NCBI GenBank assembly: GCA_016201275.1
Contig: JACQDB010000043.1
Span: 339 to 64,338 of the forward strand
Direction of reading: 5' to 3'
Source: Acidobacteriota bacterium
GTDB lineage: Bacteria > Acidobacteriota > Blastocatellia > UBA7656
Length of the DNA: 64,000 nucleotides
Positions within the stretch are counted from its first letter, which is position 1. Every line of letters starts with the position of its first letter. The notes beneath the pieces were generated by a model. That model made no database searches. It saw nothing but the letters and a program-made list of their open reading frames with translations, and had not been told where the DNA came from. The position numbers were made by a program, and so were the translations under genes. Below are positions 26,249-36,176 of this stretch, piece by piece.

Positions 26249-28509
26249 TGGTTTGCTACCACCTTTATGTTATCGAAGAATACTTCGGCGGGAGCGTCGG
26301 CAAAAATGCCCGGACTCCCATGTTTATTCGGTATCGAATCCATACGCTCAATCGTCCACATCGTCGGTTCCGCCTCGTCCGTCGCCCAGGCTTTGCCGCG
26401 CACACGGGTTTTGCCGTTCGGCAGATTCTGCACTTCAAGTTTCAAGTGATACCACTTGTCGGCTGTCCAGGCGAAGGGGACTTTCTGATTGCGTTTCGGC
26501 TCGATCTGCCACGACTGCAATTCCAAGCGCTGGCTGTTGCCGAACAAGATCAGCGAGTAGCGTTGCGCCACCACACCGGCGTCGCCCAGCTGTCGGCGTT
26601 TGGCAACGGCGCGCACATCGGCTTCAATTGTGTAGTTTGACAGATGAGTTGGCCCGATCAACGAGCGCGTGCGTTTGAACGCCACAGGTTCGGTCTTCTT
26701 CACCAATATCTTGTTGCCTTCGACTTCACGTACACCATATTTGCCGGTCGCGTTAATCCAATATTTCGGCGCGGCATCAAGCGGCGTGCGGCTGAAATCT
26801 TCGCTCAAGGGCAGCGGCGGAACCACGCGCACGTGAGCGATGCCGTTGACGCCGGCAACGGTCGCTTGCAGATTGCCGCCTTGCGCGCCTGCCGATGCAG
26901 CAGGGGTGAATTGATTGCCTTGCGCGTTGCCTTGCAAACCGTCGAGCGTCCAGGTCGCGCTCGACGCTTCCCGTATGAAGCGCCCGTGATCGTCGAATAG
27001 ACGGAGTTTGAATTTGGCGCTCTCGCCGGTCTGCATAATCACATCGGCAGGGATGACTTGAAGGTGCGCGACAGGGGCGTCCGCCGGTGCTGCATCAAGG
27101 GTCTTGGCTGTCGGATGAAACGCCGGAACTTTGCCCTTCTTGCCGATGCAGTAAATATTTTTCGTCGAAACCAGAAAGACTTGACCATGAGCGATTGCCG
27201 CAGAAGCGATGATCTGCTCGTTTGAGGTAATGAGATCGTCGCCTTCGGCATTGGTGAGTTGCACGTTATCAATGGATTCAAGTTGCTCTTCGTCGAGAAC
27301 CTGACAACCTGTGGCGCTCGGTTTCAGTATGAAGAACTTGCCGTTTTCGGTGCCGACGTATAATTTGCCATCGCCGAAAACCGGTGAGGCTTTCTGCAAA
27401 GTGCCGAGCGTGTGTTTCCAAAGTTCTTTGCCGGTGTTGATGTCGAAGGCAAACAGATTGGCGCTGTCATCGAGTTGATAGAGGCGGTCGCCATCCAGCA
27501 CCGGCGACGAGTAGCCGCCGCGAAATCCTGTGAGCGACCATTTAACGCTGCTCTTGGTGAGCTTGCCTTTGCCGGTTGCATCTATGGCGGTGAGCATACC
27601 CATTTCGTTGGTCTCGTAATTTTCTTCGCTGTGCGAAGCGAAGACCGTGTTGCCTTTGACTACCGCACAGTTATTGATGCCGCGTTTGGTAATCAGAAAA
27701 TTCCACACCGGTTCGCCGGTCGCCGCTTTGATGGCGTGAACCGCGCCGTCCGCGCCGCCGACGATGAGCAGGCGCGTGCCGTTGATGGTCGCCGCAATCG
27801 GCGTCGGATAGACCGTATCATAAGGGCGCTCGCCGGGAGTGCTGACCCACACGCATTCGCCTGTGCGTTTGTCGAAAGCGTAGAAGCGATGGCGGCGCAA
27901 CGCCGTATCGCCCCAGCCGTCAATGATGGTGCTGACGATGACGTTGTCGCCTTCAATGATGGGCGAAGTCGTGCGTCCGCCTTGCGTTGTCCACGCGCCG
28001 AATTCATCGGTCAACGAGCGCGACCATAAAAACTTGCCTTCATAAGACCAGGCCATCAATTCATTACACGCGCCGAAGGTATAAACATTGCCGGTTTCCG
28101 TATCGCCTGCAGGAGCCGACCAGGCGATGCGGCGCGGCGGCACATCCGAGGAATAAACATTCGTGCGATGTTCCCAAAGCAACTTGCCGGTGTCGGCAGC
28201 AAAGCACATCAAGCGTTCCTGCATGGTTTCGCCTTCGCCTGCCGAGTTGAAGACAAAGACGCGATTGCCCATGATGATGGGCGCAGAGCGTCCGCCGAAG
28301 GGTTGTTTCCAGACCAGGTTTTCACCCTTGGGCGACCATTTTTCCGGCAGCCCGGTGGCCGACGAAGTGCCATTGCGCGCCGGGCCTCGCCATTCTGTCC
28401 AGTCGCTTGTGGAAGCGCCAACAGGCGATTTGGTTTGCGTTTGCGAGTCCACGCCGAGCGGCAGACAAACCAGAAAAACGAGTAGCGAGGTGAAAATTCT
28501 GTTAGGCAT
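26245..28509 (-). CDS. Secreted PQQ-repeat beta-propeller protein with ~300-aa C-terminal beta-sandwich extension (paralog 3)
   Basis: ATG 28509 gives signal peptide MPNRIFTSLLVFLVCLPLGVDS; PQQ-like blades to ~aa 430; C-terminal region resembles a jelly-roll/lectin-like (DUF1080-like) domain by pattern only. Confidence 0.6.
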   Translation of the reverse strand: MPNRIFTSLLVFLVCLPLGVDSQTQTKSPVGASTSDWTEWRGPARNGTSSATGLPEKWSPKGENLVWKQPFGGRSAPIIMGNRVFVFNSAGEGETMQERLMCFAADTGKLLWEHRTNVYSSDVPPRRIAWSAPAGDTETGNVYTFGACNELMAWSYEGKFLWSRSLTDEFGAWTTQGGRTTSPIIEGDNVIVSTIIDGWGDTALRRHRFYAFDKRTGECVWVSTPGERPYDTVYPTPIAATINGTRLLIVGGADGAVHAIKAATGEPVWNFLITKRGINNCAVVKGNTVFASHSEENYETNEMGMLTAIDATGKGKLTKSSVKWSLTGFRGGYSSPVLDGDRLYQLDDSANLFAFDINTGKELWKHTLGTLQKASPVFGDGKLYVGTENGKFFILKPSATGCQVLDEEQLESIDNVQLTNAEGDDLITSNEQIIASAAIAHGQVFLVSTKNIYCIGKKGKVPAFHPTAKTLDAAPADAPVAHLQVIPADVIMQTGESAKFKLRLFDDHGRFIREASSATWTLDGLQGNAQGNQFTPAASAGAQGGNLQATVAGVNGIAHVRVVPPLPLSEDFSRTPLDAAPKYWINATGKYGVREVEGNKILVKKTEPVAFKRTRSLIGPTHLSNYTIEADVRAVAKRRQLGDAGVVAQRYSLILFGNSQRLELQSWQIEPKRNQKVPFAWTADKWYHLKLEVQNLPNGKTRVRGKAWATDEAEPTMWTIERMDSIPNKHGSPGIFADAPAEVFFDNIKVVANQ

Positions 28510-28718
28510 AGTCTGATTCTTCAAGCGCTAAATTTTTTGCTGCATCAACAATGACGTAACACCTGAATGCTTTGGTTCCACTGTGAATTGAAGGGCTTGA
28601 CTGGGTTACGTTCAAGATATTATGTTGCGATTGGTCGCGTCAAGCAAGTAATCTACAGACGCTGAGGGGTTCCCTCGCTGGCTCGGCACTTTATACACAG
28701 CGCCTATTGAGAACGATC

Positions 28719-29735
28719 ATGGAGTATATCAACAGACTGAATATCAGCTTAACGCCGCACGCTGACGGCGACCAAACCGTTCTGGATTTATTTGCCGGAT
28801 GCGGGGGCTTGGCGCTCGGCTTTGAAGCGCTGGGCTTCAAGACCATTGGCTTTGAAAAAGATAAAGACGCGGCAACCACTTACTCGAATAATTTACTGGG
28901 CGATGGTTATGAAACGGAACTAACAATTCATAGCGACTACCCGCCAGCGCAAATCATTATCGGCGGTCCTCCTTGCCAGCCCTTCAGTGTCGGTGGGCAT
29001 CAACGGGGGGTTGACGATCCGCGCAATGGTTTTCCAATTTTTTTAGAAGCCGTCAAAAAAGTTCAACCGGAGGTCTGGCTCTTTGAAAATGTGCGCGGCC
29101 TGCTGTATGCCAACAAATGGTATTTTGAAGCGATGCTGCAACAGCTTGCGGCGCTCGGCTACATTGTAGAATACAAGTTGTTGAATGCGGTTGATTTTGG
29201 TGTGCCGCAAAATCGCGAACGGCTTTTTGTAGTTGGACACAAAGGACGGTTCACCTTTCCAGCGAAAGAAAAAAAGCGCGTCACGGTTGCCGAAGCGATT
29301 GGTGATTGGATGGCAACCACGCCGCCTGAAGCAAAGTTTCTGACGCCATCAATGGATGAGTATGTCAAAAAATATGAGCTTGCTTCAAAGTGCATCAACC
29401 CACGCGATTTGTATCCTGACAAGCCCGCCAGAACTTTGACCTGTCGCAATATCGCAGCGCCAACCGGCGATATGCAGCGCGTCAAACTTGCCGACGGGCG
29501 CAGACGAAGATTATTGGTCAGAGAGGCGGCACGCTTGCAAAGTTTCCCGGATTGGTTTGAATTTTACGGCAATGAAACCAGTCAGTTTTATCAAATCGGC
29601 AACGCCGTTCCCCCTTTGTTAGCGCAACACCTGGCCTGTAGTGTGAAAGAGTATTTTGCCAGTGGTCTGGTATTATCAAAATCCGACATTGAGCAATCCT
29701 CTTTGCGTATCAACAAACAGCTTGCCCTTTTCTGA
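28719..29735 (+). CDS. dcm: DNA (cytosine-5)-methyltransferase
   Basis: Motif I 'DLFAGCGG', motif IV 'GGPPCQPFS', motif VI 'ENV', C-terminal 'QIGNAVPP'. Local GC clearly lower than neighbours. Confidence 0.85.
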   Translation: MEYINRLNISLTPHADGDQTVLDLFAGCGGLALGFEALGFKTIGFEKDKDAATTYSNNLLGDGYETELTIHSDYPPAQIIIGGPPCQPFSVGGHQRGVDDPRNGFPIFLEAVKKVQPEVWLFENVRGLLYANKWYFEAMLQQLAALGYIVEYKLLNAVDFGVPQNRERLFVVGHKGRFTFPAKEKKRVTVAEAIGDWMATTPPEAKFLTPSMDEYVKKYELASKCINPRDLYPDKPARTLTCRNIAAPTGDMQRVKLADGRRRRLLVREAARLQSFPDWFEFYGNETSQFYQIGNAVPPLLAQHLACSVKEYFASGLVLSKSDIEQSSLRINKQLALF

Positions 29736-29737
29736 AT

Positions 29738-30652
29738 ATGATTGACCATTTTTCCAAGAGTAAAAAATCGCTGACAGTGAAGCAATTGTTGAATGAAACG
29801 GTTGCCATCCTGCAAAGCGTAGGCATACCAGTTGAGTCGCACACGGAGCGACGTTTAGAAAGAATTGCCCTGTGTTTTTTGGCGGTCGCAGGAGTGACAA
29901 GCTCATGGCAATCAGCAAAGAGTTTGCCGGACAAACGTCGTTTGAAGACGCGGGACATCATCAACTTCATCAACCAACATTTTGAAGAAAGTATTTCGAG
30001 TGGCTCGTATGACGACATTCGCAGAAAAGATTTGAGGCTTTTGGTGTTGGCCAACCTGGTGATAAACAGTGGCGAGAATCCATCAGCGGCAACCAATGAC
30101 CCAACGCGGGGCTATAGCTTGGAAACAGAATTTGCTCAATTGGTGAAAGCCTTCAAAACCAAAAACTGGAAAAAGCAACTTGCCGTGTTTTTGCAGGGCA
30201 GAGTGGCTTTGAGCGATACGCTTGCTCGTCAACGAAACCTCGGCAAACTCTCCGTTGATTTGCCCGACAGCGTAACCATTGAGCTGTCACAAGGCGAACA
30301 CAACCTCCTGCAAAAACGCATCGTTGAGGAGTTCTTACCAAGATTTGGCAAAGGCTGTCAGGTTCTTTACATTGGCGACACCACAAAAAAGATTTTGCAT
30401 CTCGAGCGCGACACCCTTTCGAGGCTGAGTTTCTTTGAACTGTCGCATGAAAAACTGCCGGATATTATTGCTTATGATGCAGAGCGCAACTGGCTCTATT
30501 TAATCGAGGCCGTGCATAGTAGTGGAGCGATGAACGAGGCCAGAGTTTTGGAACTCAAAAGAGCGACACAGCAATGCACGGCCCAAATCATATTTGTCAC
30601 CGCGTTCTTGAAGAAGAGTGATTTCAGAAAATGGATATTGGACATTGCCTGA
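29738..30652 (+). CDS. Putative type II restriction endonuclease (BsuBI/PstI-like architecture)
   Basis: Starts 3 nt after the MTase stop; AT-rich; C-terminal 'PDIIAYDAERNWLYLIEAVHSSG' resembles the PD-(D/E)xK-containing C-domain of BsuBI/PstI-family REases. Family call from memory, not searchable here. Confidence 0.5.
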   Translation: MIDHFSKSKKSLTVKQLLNETVAILQSVGIPVESHTERRLERIALCFLAVAGVTSSWQSAKSLPDKRRLKTRDIINFINQHFEESISSGSYDDIRRKDLRLLVLANLVINSGENPSAATNDPTRGYSLETEFAQLVKAFKTKNWKKQLAVFLQGRVALSDTLARQRNLGKLSVDLPDSVTIELSQGEHNLLQKRIVEEFLPRFGKGCQVLYIGDTTKKILHLERDTLSRLSFFELSHEKLPDIIAYDAERNWLYLIEAVHSSGAMNEARVLELKRATQQCTAQIIFVTAFLKKSDFRKWILDIA

Positions 30653-30766
30653 GAAACCGAGGTTTGGCTGGCCGAAACACCAGACCACTTGATTCACTTT
30701 AATGGGGGAAAATATTTACACCCATACGAATCAGACCCAGCCGGTTTTCCATGAAGGAAACCGTCC

Positions 30767-30988
30767 ATGTTTGAGCGAACAGTTTTCATCCTGACCTTCG
30801 CGCTACTGCTTGTCATTTCCGCACTCGCGCAAGACAGCAACGAAGCGTTTTTGGCTGCCGCCAGAACAAGCGAGGTCGCTACGGTCAAGGTTTTTTTAGA
30901 TAAAGACGCTGAGGCGAACCACAAAACTCAGTACAGGGCGCTGTCTTATAGCGAATTCATTTGCCCACAACCACAACACCCAGTTTAG
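30767..30988 (+). pseudogene. Fragment: signal peptide + first ankyrin-like repeat, truncated
   Basis: 'AFLAAARTSEVATVKVFLDKDAEANHKTQY' fits ANK consensus (AA..G..e.vk.LL..GA..N.k) but ORF ends after 73 aa at the hairpin. Confidence 0.3.
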
Positions 30989-31010
30989 AGGCGGTCAGAG
31001 ACCGCCTCTA
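30986..31010. terminator. Perfect 11-bp palindrome tagaggcggtc-aga-gaccgcctcta
   Basis: Seen directly; overlaps the stop of the ANK fragment; no T-run, so bidirectional hairpin/possible insertion boundary. Confidence 0.45.
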
Positions 31011-31486
31011 AATTAATTGCACACCTCTGCAACCCGCTATAGGTCGGCGATAAAGGCTTCGTCTGCGATGCCGTTCCTGCCGCCTTAGCGAACTTCAAAT
31101 CCACAGAAAAGCTTCTCAGAGGCATACTTTTTTCTATCTATACCTAGACGCACGGCGGCGGTTAAAAATTCCGTCGAGAACTGCTTACAGGGTTAGCAAG
31201 AGATCAGTTTCATACCCGCACGCGGGCGACTCTCTATCCACTTCGGAGTTTCCTTCTGTCGAAAAAAAAATTTGACAAGCCCTGTGGCTTTTTGTCATTA
31301 TCATCGCGTTATTCTGAAAATGGATTTCAGTTTCAGATTATTGGTATATGGCTGGAGTAAAATCCCAGAGCCGTGTTCCTGATGATGACAAGTCGCATCA
31401 GGCAGGCAGCGTAGAAAAATTGGTGCGCTTTGGTTTGGGATTTGCTCATCACACTTTTGGCAGCATGGTAGGAAAGGACAAGAACG

Positions 31487-33139
31487 ATGAAAAGAAAAAC
31501 GCATCATTCCGCTCTGTCGCACGCGCTACATCAACGCGCTTTCGTATTGCTCGTGGTGTTGACCAACTTGGTTGGCGGCAACGCCCTGTACGCACAGTCT
31601 GCGGCCTCGACCCCGCAAGCGACTTCGACTCCCGCACCGGGGCAACCTCAAGCGCTTGGCACGGCACACACCGGCAGCACCTCCTCTTCACAAGATGAAG
31701 TGGAGCGCTTGCGAAAAGAGGTGCAGCAACTCCGCGAACAATTGGAGCGCGTCAATCAGGTGGTCGAAAATCTGGCCAAGCGAGAAACCGCGACAGCCCC
31801 CGGCGCAATCAACGCGCCGCGCCCTGCGACTACAGAAACTCCCAGCGCGCCGCAATCAACCGCAACGCCAGACAATCCCCGCATAGCTGTCGCCAGCAAA
31901 GCTCAGGGCGGCGATCTCTCCGGCGCAGGCACGCTGCTTCGCAATGATCGCCTCACCATAGGTGGTTATGGGGAAGCGCAATTTCGCGGCGCAGCGATTA
32001 ACGAGAAGACCAAAGGCGGCGGCACGCCGACCTTCGCCAATCCGCGCTTTGTAATCGGCATGGCGGCGGTGCTTGCCGAAAAGCAGAACATCATCTTCAA
32101 TTCCGAACTGGAATATGAATTCGGCGGACGCGAGATTGAATTGGAGCAAGCCTTCGTAGAATGGAAGATGCGCCCAGAATTCAATATTCGCGGCGGTATT
32201 TTTGTCCCTGCACTCGGACGCTTTAATGTTTATCACGACTCGAATCTGAACCTCACCACGATTCGTCCGCTCGTCAATCAATTCCTTGTGCCAACCGCCT
32301 ATTCTGAGGCCGGTATAGGCGTGCGCGGTAGATTCAAACTGCCGCACAAAATGAAACTGAGCTACGAATTTGATGTCGTCAACGGGATGCGTAGCAGCGG
32401 CAAAGCAGGAGCAGAGGCAGGCGAAGGCACCTCCTTCTCTAGGTTGTCCGGACAGACAGAGGCAGCGGAAATTCATGACCTGACGCTACAGGACAACAAC
32501 CGCAACAAGGCGCTCATCGGGCGCATCGCGTTGTCGCCATTCAACGGGTTCGAGTTTGGCGTGTCGGGTTATCGCGGCAGAATTACTGATGACAATGAAG
32601 CGAAAATTTCAGCCCATATCTTTTTCTTCGATGCTTCGTATCATCGTGGAAATTTTCTATTGAACGGAGAATACGGGCGCTCCAATCTTGTTGGCGGCGG
32701 CATCCCGCGTCGCAGCCCTGCCTTGCCCGTCTTCAAACCCGACGATGCGGAAAGCGCCGAAGCGCTGGAAGATTTTCTGGCGCAACGCACACCTGGGCAA
32801 GATGGTTTTTATATCGAAGGCTCGTATCAATTCCGTCCGCGTTTTGTCGAAAAACATTTTGATGATGGTGGCTACATCGCCCCGGTCGTGCGGTTTGAGG
32901 GCGTGCGTTTGGATCGCACGATAAAAGATTTTTACTTGAACCGTTCGCGCCTCACGTTAGGGGTCAACATCGCGCCGTCTTCAAGCATCATCTTCAAATT
33001 CAACCAGCAGTTCAATCACACCTTTGGCGCGGTGCCAAAATTATCCAGCAATATTGAAGAGCATTTCGGTAGCCAACTCTTGCCCTTCAAAGGCTATGGG
33101 CGCAACGGTTTTACCAGTTCGATTACTTATGTTTTTTAA
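31487..33139 (+). CDS. Outer-membrane beta-barrel protein (porin-like) with N-terminal coiled-coil
   Basis: Signal peptide, 'EVERLRKEVQQLREQLERVNQVVENLAKRE' coiled coil, then alternating amphipathic beta-strands; ends ...SSITYVF (C-terminal Phe). Confidence 0.5.
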   Translation: MKRKTHHSALSHALHQRAFVLLVVLTNLVGGNALYAQSAASTPQATSTPAPGQPQALGTAHTGSTSSSQDEVERLRKEVQQLREQLERVNQVVENLAKRETATAPGAINAPRPATTETPSAPQSTATPDNPRIAVASKAQGGDLSGAGTLLRNDRLTIGGYGEAQFRGAAINEKTKGGGTPTFANPRFVIGMAAVLAEKQNIIFNSELEYEFGGREIELEQAFVEWKMRPEFNIRGGIFVPALGRFNVYHDSNLNLTTIRPLVNQFLVPTAYSEAGIGVRGRFKLPHKMKLSYEFDVVNGMRSSGKAGAEAGEGTSFSRLSGQTEAAEIHDLTLQDNNRNKALIGRIALSPFNGFEFGVSGYRGRITDDNEAKISAHIFFFDASYHRGNFLLNGEYGRSNLVGGGIPRRSPALPVFKPDDAESAEALEDFLAQRTPGQDGFYIEGSYQFRPRFVEKHFDDGGYIAPVVRFEGVRLDRTIKDFYLNRSRLTLGVNIAPSSSIIFKFNQQFNHTFGAVPKLSSNIEEHFGSQLLPFKGYGRNGFTSSITYVF

Positions 33140-33152
33140 GGAGCAGAAGCAA

Positions 33153-33470
33153 GTGAACAAGCGACGTATGAAACTTTTAGCGGTGATTCTTTTCGTCGTA
33201 CCAACAGCGCTAGGAACTGGCTTGTTGTTTTCAGCGCCGTCGGTTGCGGCCAAACCGGCGTTTATGGATCGCTACAACCGCGACCCGTTTGCCAAAACAG
33301 AACTGCGGAACAAATGCACGGTCTGTCACATAGGGAGCGGCGGTGGCGAACGTAATGAATTCGGCGAGGCCTTTGAAGACACCGGTTTTCGCATCACGCC
33401 CAAACTGCGAAAGCAATTTCCAGACTTATTCGTGTCGGAACCACCGCCATCTCAAACCGCTCAACCATAA
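33153..33470 (+). CDS. Small secreted mono-heme c-type cytochrome-like protein
   Basis: GTG 33153 with AAGGAG SD 8 nt upstream gives VNKRRMKLLAVILFVVPTALG signal; single CTVCH (CxxCH) motif; ~105 aa. ATG 33168 is an alternative start. Confidence 0.5.
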   Translation: MNKRRMKLLAVILFVVPTALGTGLLFSAPSVAAKPAFMDRYNRDPFAKTELRNKCTVCHIGSGGGERNEFGEAFEDTGFRITPKLRKQFPDLFVSEPPPSQTAQP

Positions 33471-33531
33471 CGCGATGGGAACGATTTTTTTATCAAAGCG
33501 TGAAAGGAATGGTGTGCAGATATGAATGCCG

Positions 33532-34101
33532 TCATGGTCGGGCAATCAGGTTTGAGTAAATCACCCACTTGTCTTTGATCTTGCCGCCGACCAGCGTATA
33601 AACGTCAGTGCCGCCCGTTTCGTTCTGCGCTTTCCAGTTATGAAACAGGCTGCTGGGGGGGATTTTGTCCACCTCTACGCAGCGGTTGGGCGATTCATAA
33701 ACCAGGCGCGCAAAGGCAGAGACGTTGGAGCCGCCCAGAGCGCTCGACAGCATTTTATCTATGCTCTCGCGAGCTTTGGCGACAGCTTCATTCTGCTGCT
33801 TCTCTTTTTCGCTATAGACATTCAAATCTTTTTCAGTTTTGGCGAGTTGCGTTTTCAGAGCGGCGTTCTCGTTGGTCAGGCGAGTCTTTTCCGCCTCCGA
33901 TGAGGAATAAAGCGCGTAACTGGTGGACAGCAAAATAAGCGCGCCGACCAACGCCGCTGCGGTAAGCAACAACAGCAACAACAGCCAGCGCCGCTTGCCA
34001 GCTTCGTTCTGTTCAATCTGTTCGCGCAGCGTGTCAACGTCGTTCTGGGTATAAGTCCATGAACTTCGCGTGGATGATGAGGAGGATTTTTCTGTGGGCA
34101 T
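33532..34101 (-). CDS. Bitopic membrane protein with periplasmic coiled-coil and C-terminal NTF2-like-looking domain
   Basis: Ser-rich N-terminus, TM 'WLLLLLLLTAAALVGALILL', heptad region, conserved-looking C-terminus; no family assignable. Confidence 0.4.
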   Translation of the reverse strand: MPTEKSSSSSTRSSWTYTQNDVDTLREQIEQNEAGKRRWLLLLLLLTAAALVGALILLSTSYALYSSSEAEKTRLTNENAALKTQLAKTEKDLNVYSEKEKQQNEAVAKARESIDKMLSSALGGSNVSAFARLVYESPNRCVEVDKIPPSSLFHNWKAQNETGGTDVYTLVGGKIKDKWVIYSNLIARP

Positions 34102-34210
34102 AACGCTTCCTGCTTCCTGGGTGAAACGAATTTGTTGACAAGGGCAAGGGGGCCGAATCTTGGCGCGCTGAGAGTGTGGCTCAGGCGCTCGTCGTAAAAA
34201 TTTCTTCCGC

Positions 34211-34447
34211 TTATTTGAATTGGCCGAAGCGTTTCAGGAGCTTGTAAATATCTATTGCCGTGCTAAACAAACCTAAGATTAAACCGACCAGAAACCACAG
34301 GGGAGACGTAGCGAAATGATTGTCAGCCAGCCAACCCACATAGGCAGGCAAACCGATCATGAAGGGAATGGACAAGGCCAAACCTGCCGTCATCATAGCC
34401 TGACGCCAACTAATATCGCCCTTGGGTTTCTTATCCTCTTCCGTCAT
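34211..34447 (-). CDS. AtpZ/AtpI-like small 2-TM membrane protein
   Basis: ~78 aa, 'SWRQAMMTAGLALSIPFMIGLPAYVGWLADNHFATSPLWFLVGLILGLFSTAI' resembles the putative F0F1-ATPase 'gene 1' family; sits 24 nt downstream of nuoN. Confidence 0.4.
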   Translation of the reverse strand: MTEEDKKPKGDISWRQAMMTAGLALSIPFMIGLPAYVGWLADNHFATSPLWFLVGLILGLFSTAIDIYKLLKRFGQFK

Positions 34448-34498
34448 ATCCGTGCTGCTTCGATAATAGCGCAAGCAGCACGCCGATGCTACTCCGCA

Positions 34499-36157
34499 TC
34501 AGCGCGGCGGCGGCGCAGGTGATGGCATAGATTGGGGAGGCGATTTTGGCGCAGCGTGTTCCGCGCCGTCGTTTTGATAAACATAGGTCTTCGGGCCGGT
34601 GGCGGCCTTCTGCGTCAACGCAATCAATTGCTGTGGGAAAATGCCAATCAACAAGACAAACAAAGCCGCTGTCGCCAACGCAATGCGGAGCGGCCACGAT
34701 TGCATGACGGGCTGCATTTCGGTCTCCGCTTCGATGTACATGGCGCGAATAAAGCGCAAATAATAATACAAAGAAACCGCGCTCATCAGGACGGCGAGTA
34801 TCGCCAGTCGCACCAGCCACGGGTTGCCGGTTTCGATAAGTCCGGCGAACAAATAAAACTTGCCAATGAATCCGGCGGTCGGCGGTATGCCGCCAAGCGA
34901 CAGCAGAAAAATCGTCATCATCACCGTCAACCACGGCGCTTTTTTCATCAAGCCGTTCAAGTCTTCCATGCGGTCGCCAATGATGCCGCGTCTTCGCAGC
35001 GCGATGATGCAACCGAAGACGCCCAGATTCATCAAGGTGTAAATGAACAAGTAAATCACGAAGCCGGTGTAGCCGGTTTGATTGCCAGCGATGATACCGA
35101 GCAAAGTGTAACCGGCGTGCGAGATGGACGAATAAGCAAGCAGGCGCTTGGTATTGGTCTGGGTCAAGGCCGCCAGATTTCCCCACACGATGGTGATTGC
35201 CGAAACCACACCCAGCAACACCGCCCAGCCGGGAAGAGCGGGAAGGTGGCTCGTTGCATTGCCTTCAAGCGTGCCGCGCAAATCGGGCAGGCCGTACAAA
35301 AAGATGCGCCCGAACATAGCGAAGCTTGCGGCTTTGACCGCGACCGACATGAACGCGGTGATCGAAGTTGGCGCGCCTTCGTAAGCGTCCGGTGCCCACA
35401 TATGGAACGGCACCGCCGCCACTTTGAAGAACATCCCTGCGGCCATCAAAATCATGGACATCAACACCAAGTAACGCATATCCACGGCCTGACCGAGCGG
35501 TTGATAATTCGCGCCGATGACCACCGGCAAAGCTTTGGCGATGTCTGCCAGATTGGTCGAACCGGTCATGCCATAGACCATCGAAATGCCGTACAGCAAA
35601 ACGCCGGAAGAAAACGCGCCGAGGAGAAAATATTTCATCGCCGCTTCATTCGATCTCTGGTCGCGGCGCAGATAGCCTACGAGTATGTAAACCGAAATCG
35701 CCATCAATTCGAGGGCGATAAACAGCGTCAACAAATCCACCCCTGAAGCCATAAACATCATGCCGACGACGGCGAAAAGAATCAGCGCATAATACTCGCC
35801 GCGCTGTTCGCCTTCTTCGTCTAGATATTTTATGGAAAGCAAAATGGCGAGGAGCGCGCCAATCAGAAACATCATCTTGAAGACCACGGCATAAGGGTCT
35901 ATGACGATCATGCCAAAGAAACCGGCTTTGGCGCTGCTGCCCATCCCCTTGTACACGAAGATGAGCGAGACCAGCGAGACCAGCAAGCCCACTATGCTCA
36001 ACCAGGCGACGAGGAATTTTTGTTGGCGCGGCAACAGCACATCTATTACCAGCGCGGCACAGGCAAACAGCAGCAATAGAACTTCGGGCATAATGAGTTC
36101 TTTGGTCTGCTGCAAGATGACGGAAAGATCAGGCGATGTTTGTAAGAATGCGAACAT
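34499..36157 (-). CDS. nuoN: NADH-quinone oxidoreductase subunit N
   Basis: 14-TM antiporter-like subunit, 'FHMWAPDAYEGAPT', 'LLAYSSISHAGY'; Pro-rich C-terminal tail. Confidence 0.85.
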   Translation of the reverse strand: MFAFLQTSPDLSVILQQTKELIMPEVLLLLFACAALVIDVLLPRQQKFLVAWLSIVGLLVSLVSLIFVYKGMGSSAKAGFFGMIVIDPYAVVFKMMFLIGALLAILLSIKYLDEEGEQRGEYYALILFAVVGMMFMASGVDLLTLFIALELMAISVYILVGYLRRDQRSNEAAMKYFLLGAFSSGVLLYGISMVYGMTGSTNLADIAKALPVVIGANYQPLGQAVDMRYLVLMSMILMAAGMFFKVAAVPFHMWAPDAYEGAPTSITAFMSVAVKAASFAMFGRIFLYGLPDLRGTLEGNATSHLPALPGWAVLLGVVSAITIVWGNLAALTQTNTKRLLAYSSISHAGYTLLGIIAGNQTGYTGFVIYLFIYTLMNLGVFGCIIALRRRGIIGDRMEDLNGLMKKAPWLTVMMTIFLLSLGGIPPTAGFIGKFYLFAGLIETGNPWLVRLAILAVLMSAVSLYYYLRFIRAMYIEAETEMQPVMQSWPLRIALATAALFVLLIGIFPQQLIALTQKAATGPKTYVYQNDGAEHAAPKSPPQSMPSPAPPPR

Positions 36158-36176
36158 AGTTTCTCTTGTTGATGAA

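Noticed and set aside
27412-28029. 205-aa plus-strand ORF inside PQQ paralog 3
   Set aside because: Antisense shadow ORF.
31060-31110. T-loop-like 'cttcaaatcc' suggesting a tRNA in the post-RM non-coding region
   Set aside because: No acceptor/anticodon stem complementarity around it; no GG in D-loop position.
34532-35746. 404-aa ORF antisense to nuoN (His/Arg/Gln-rich)
   Set aside because: Shadow ORF of a high-confidence nuoN; composition typical of antisense translation of membrane-protein genes.
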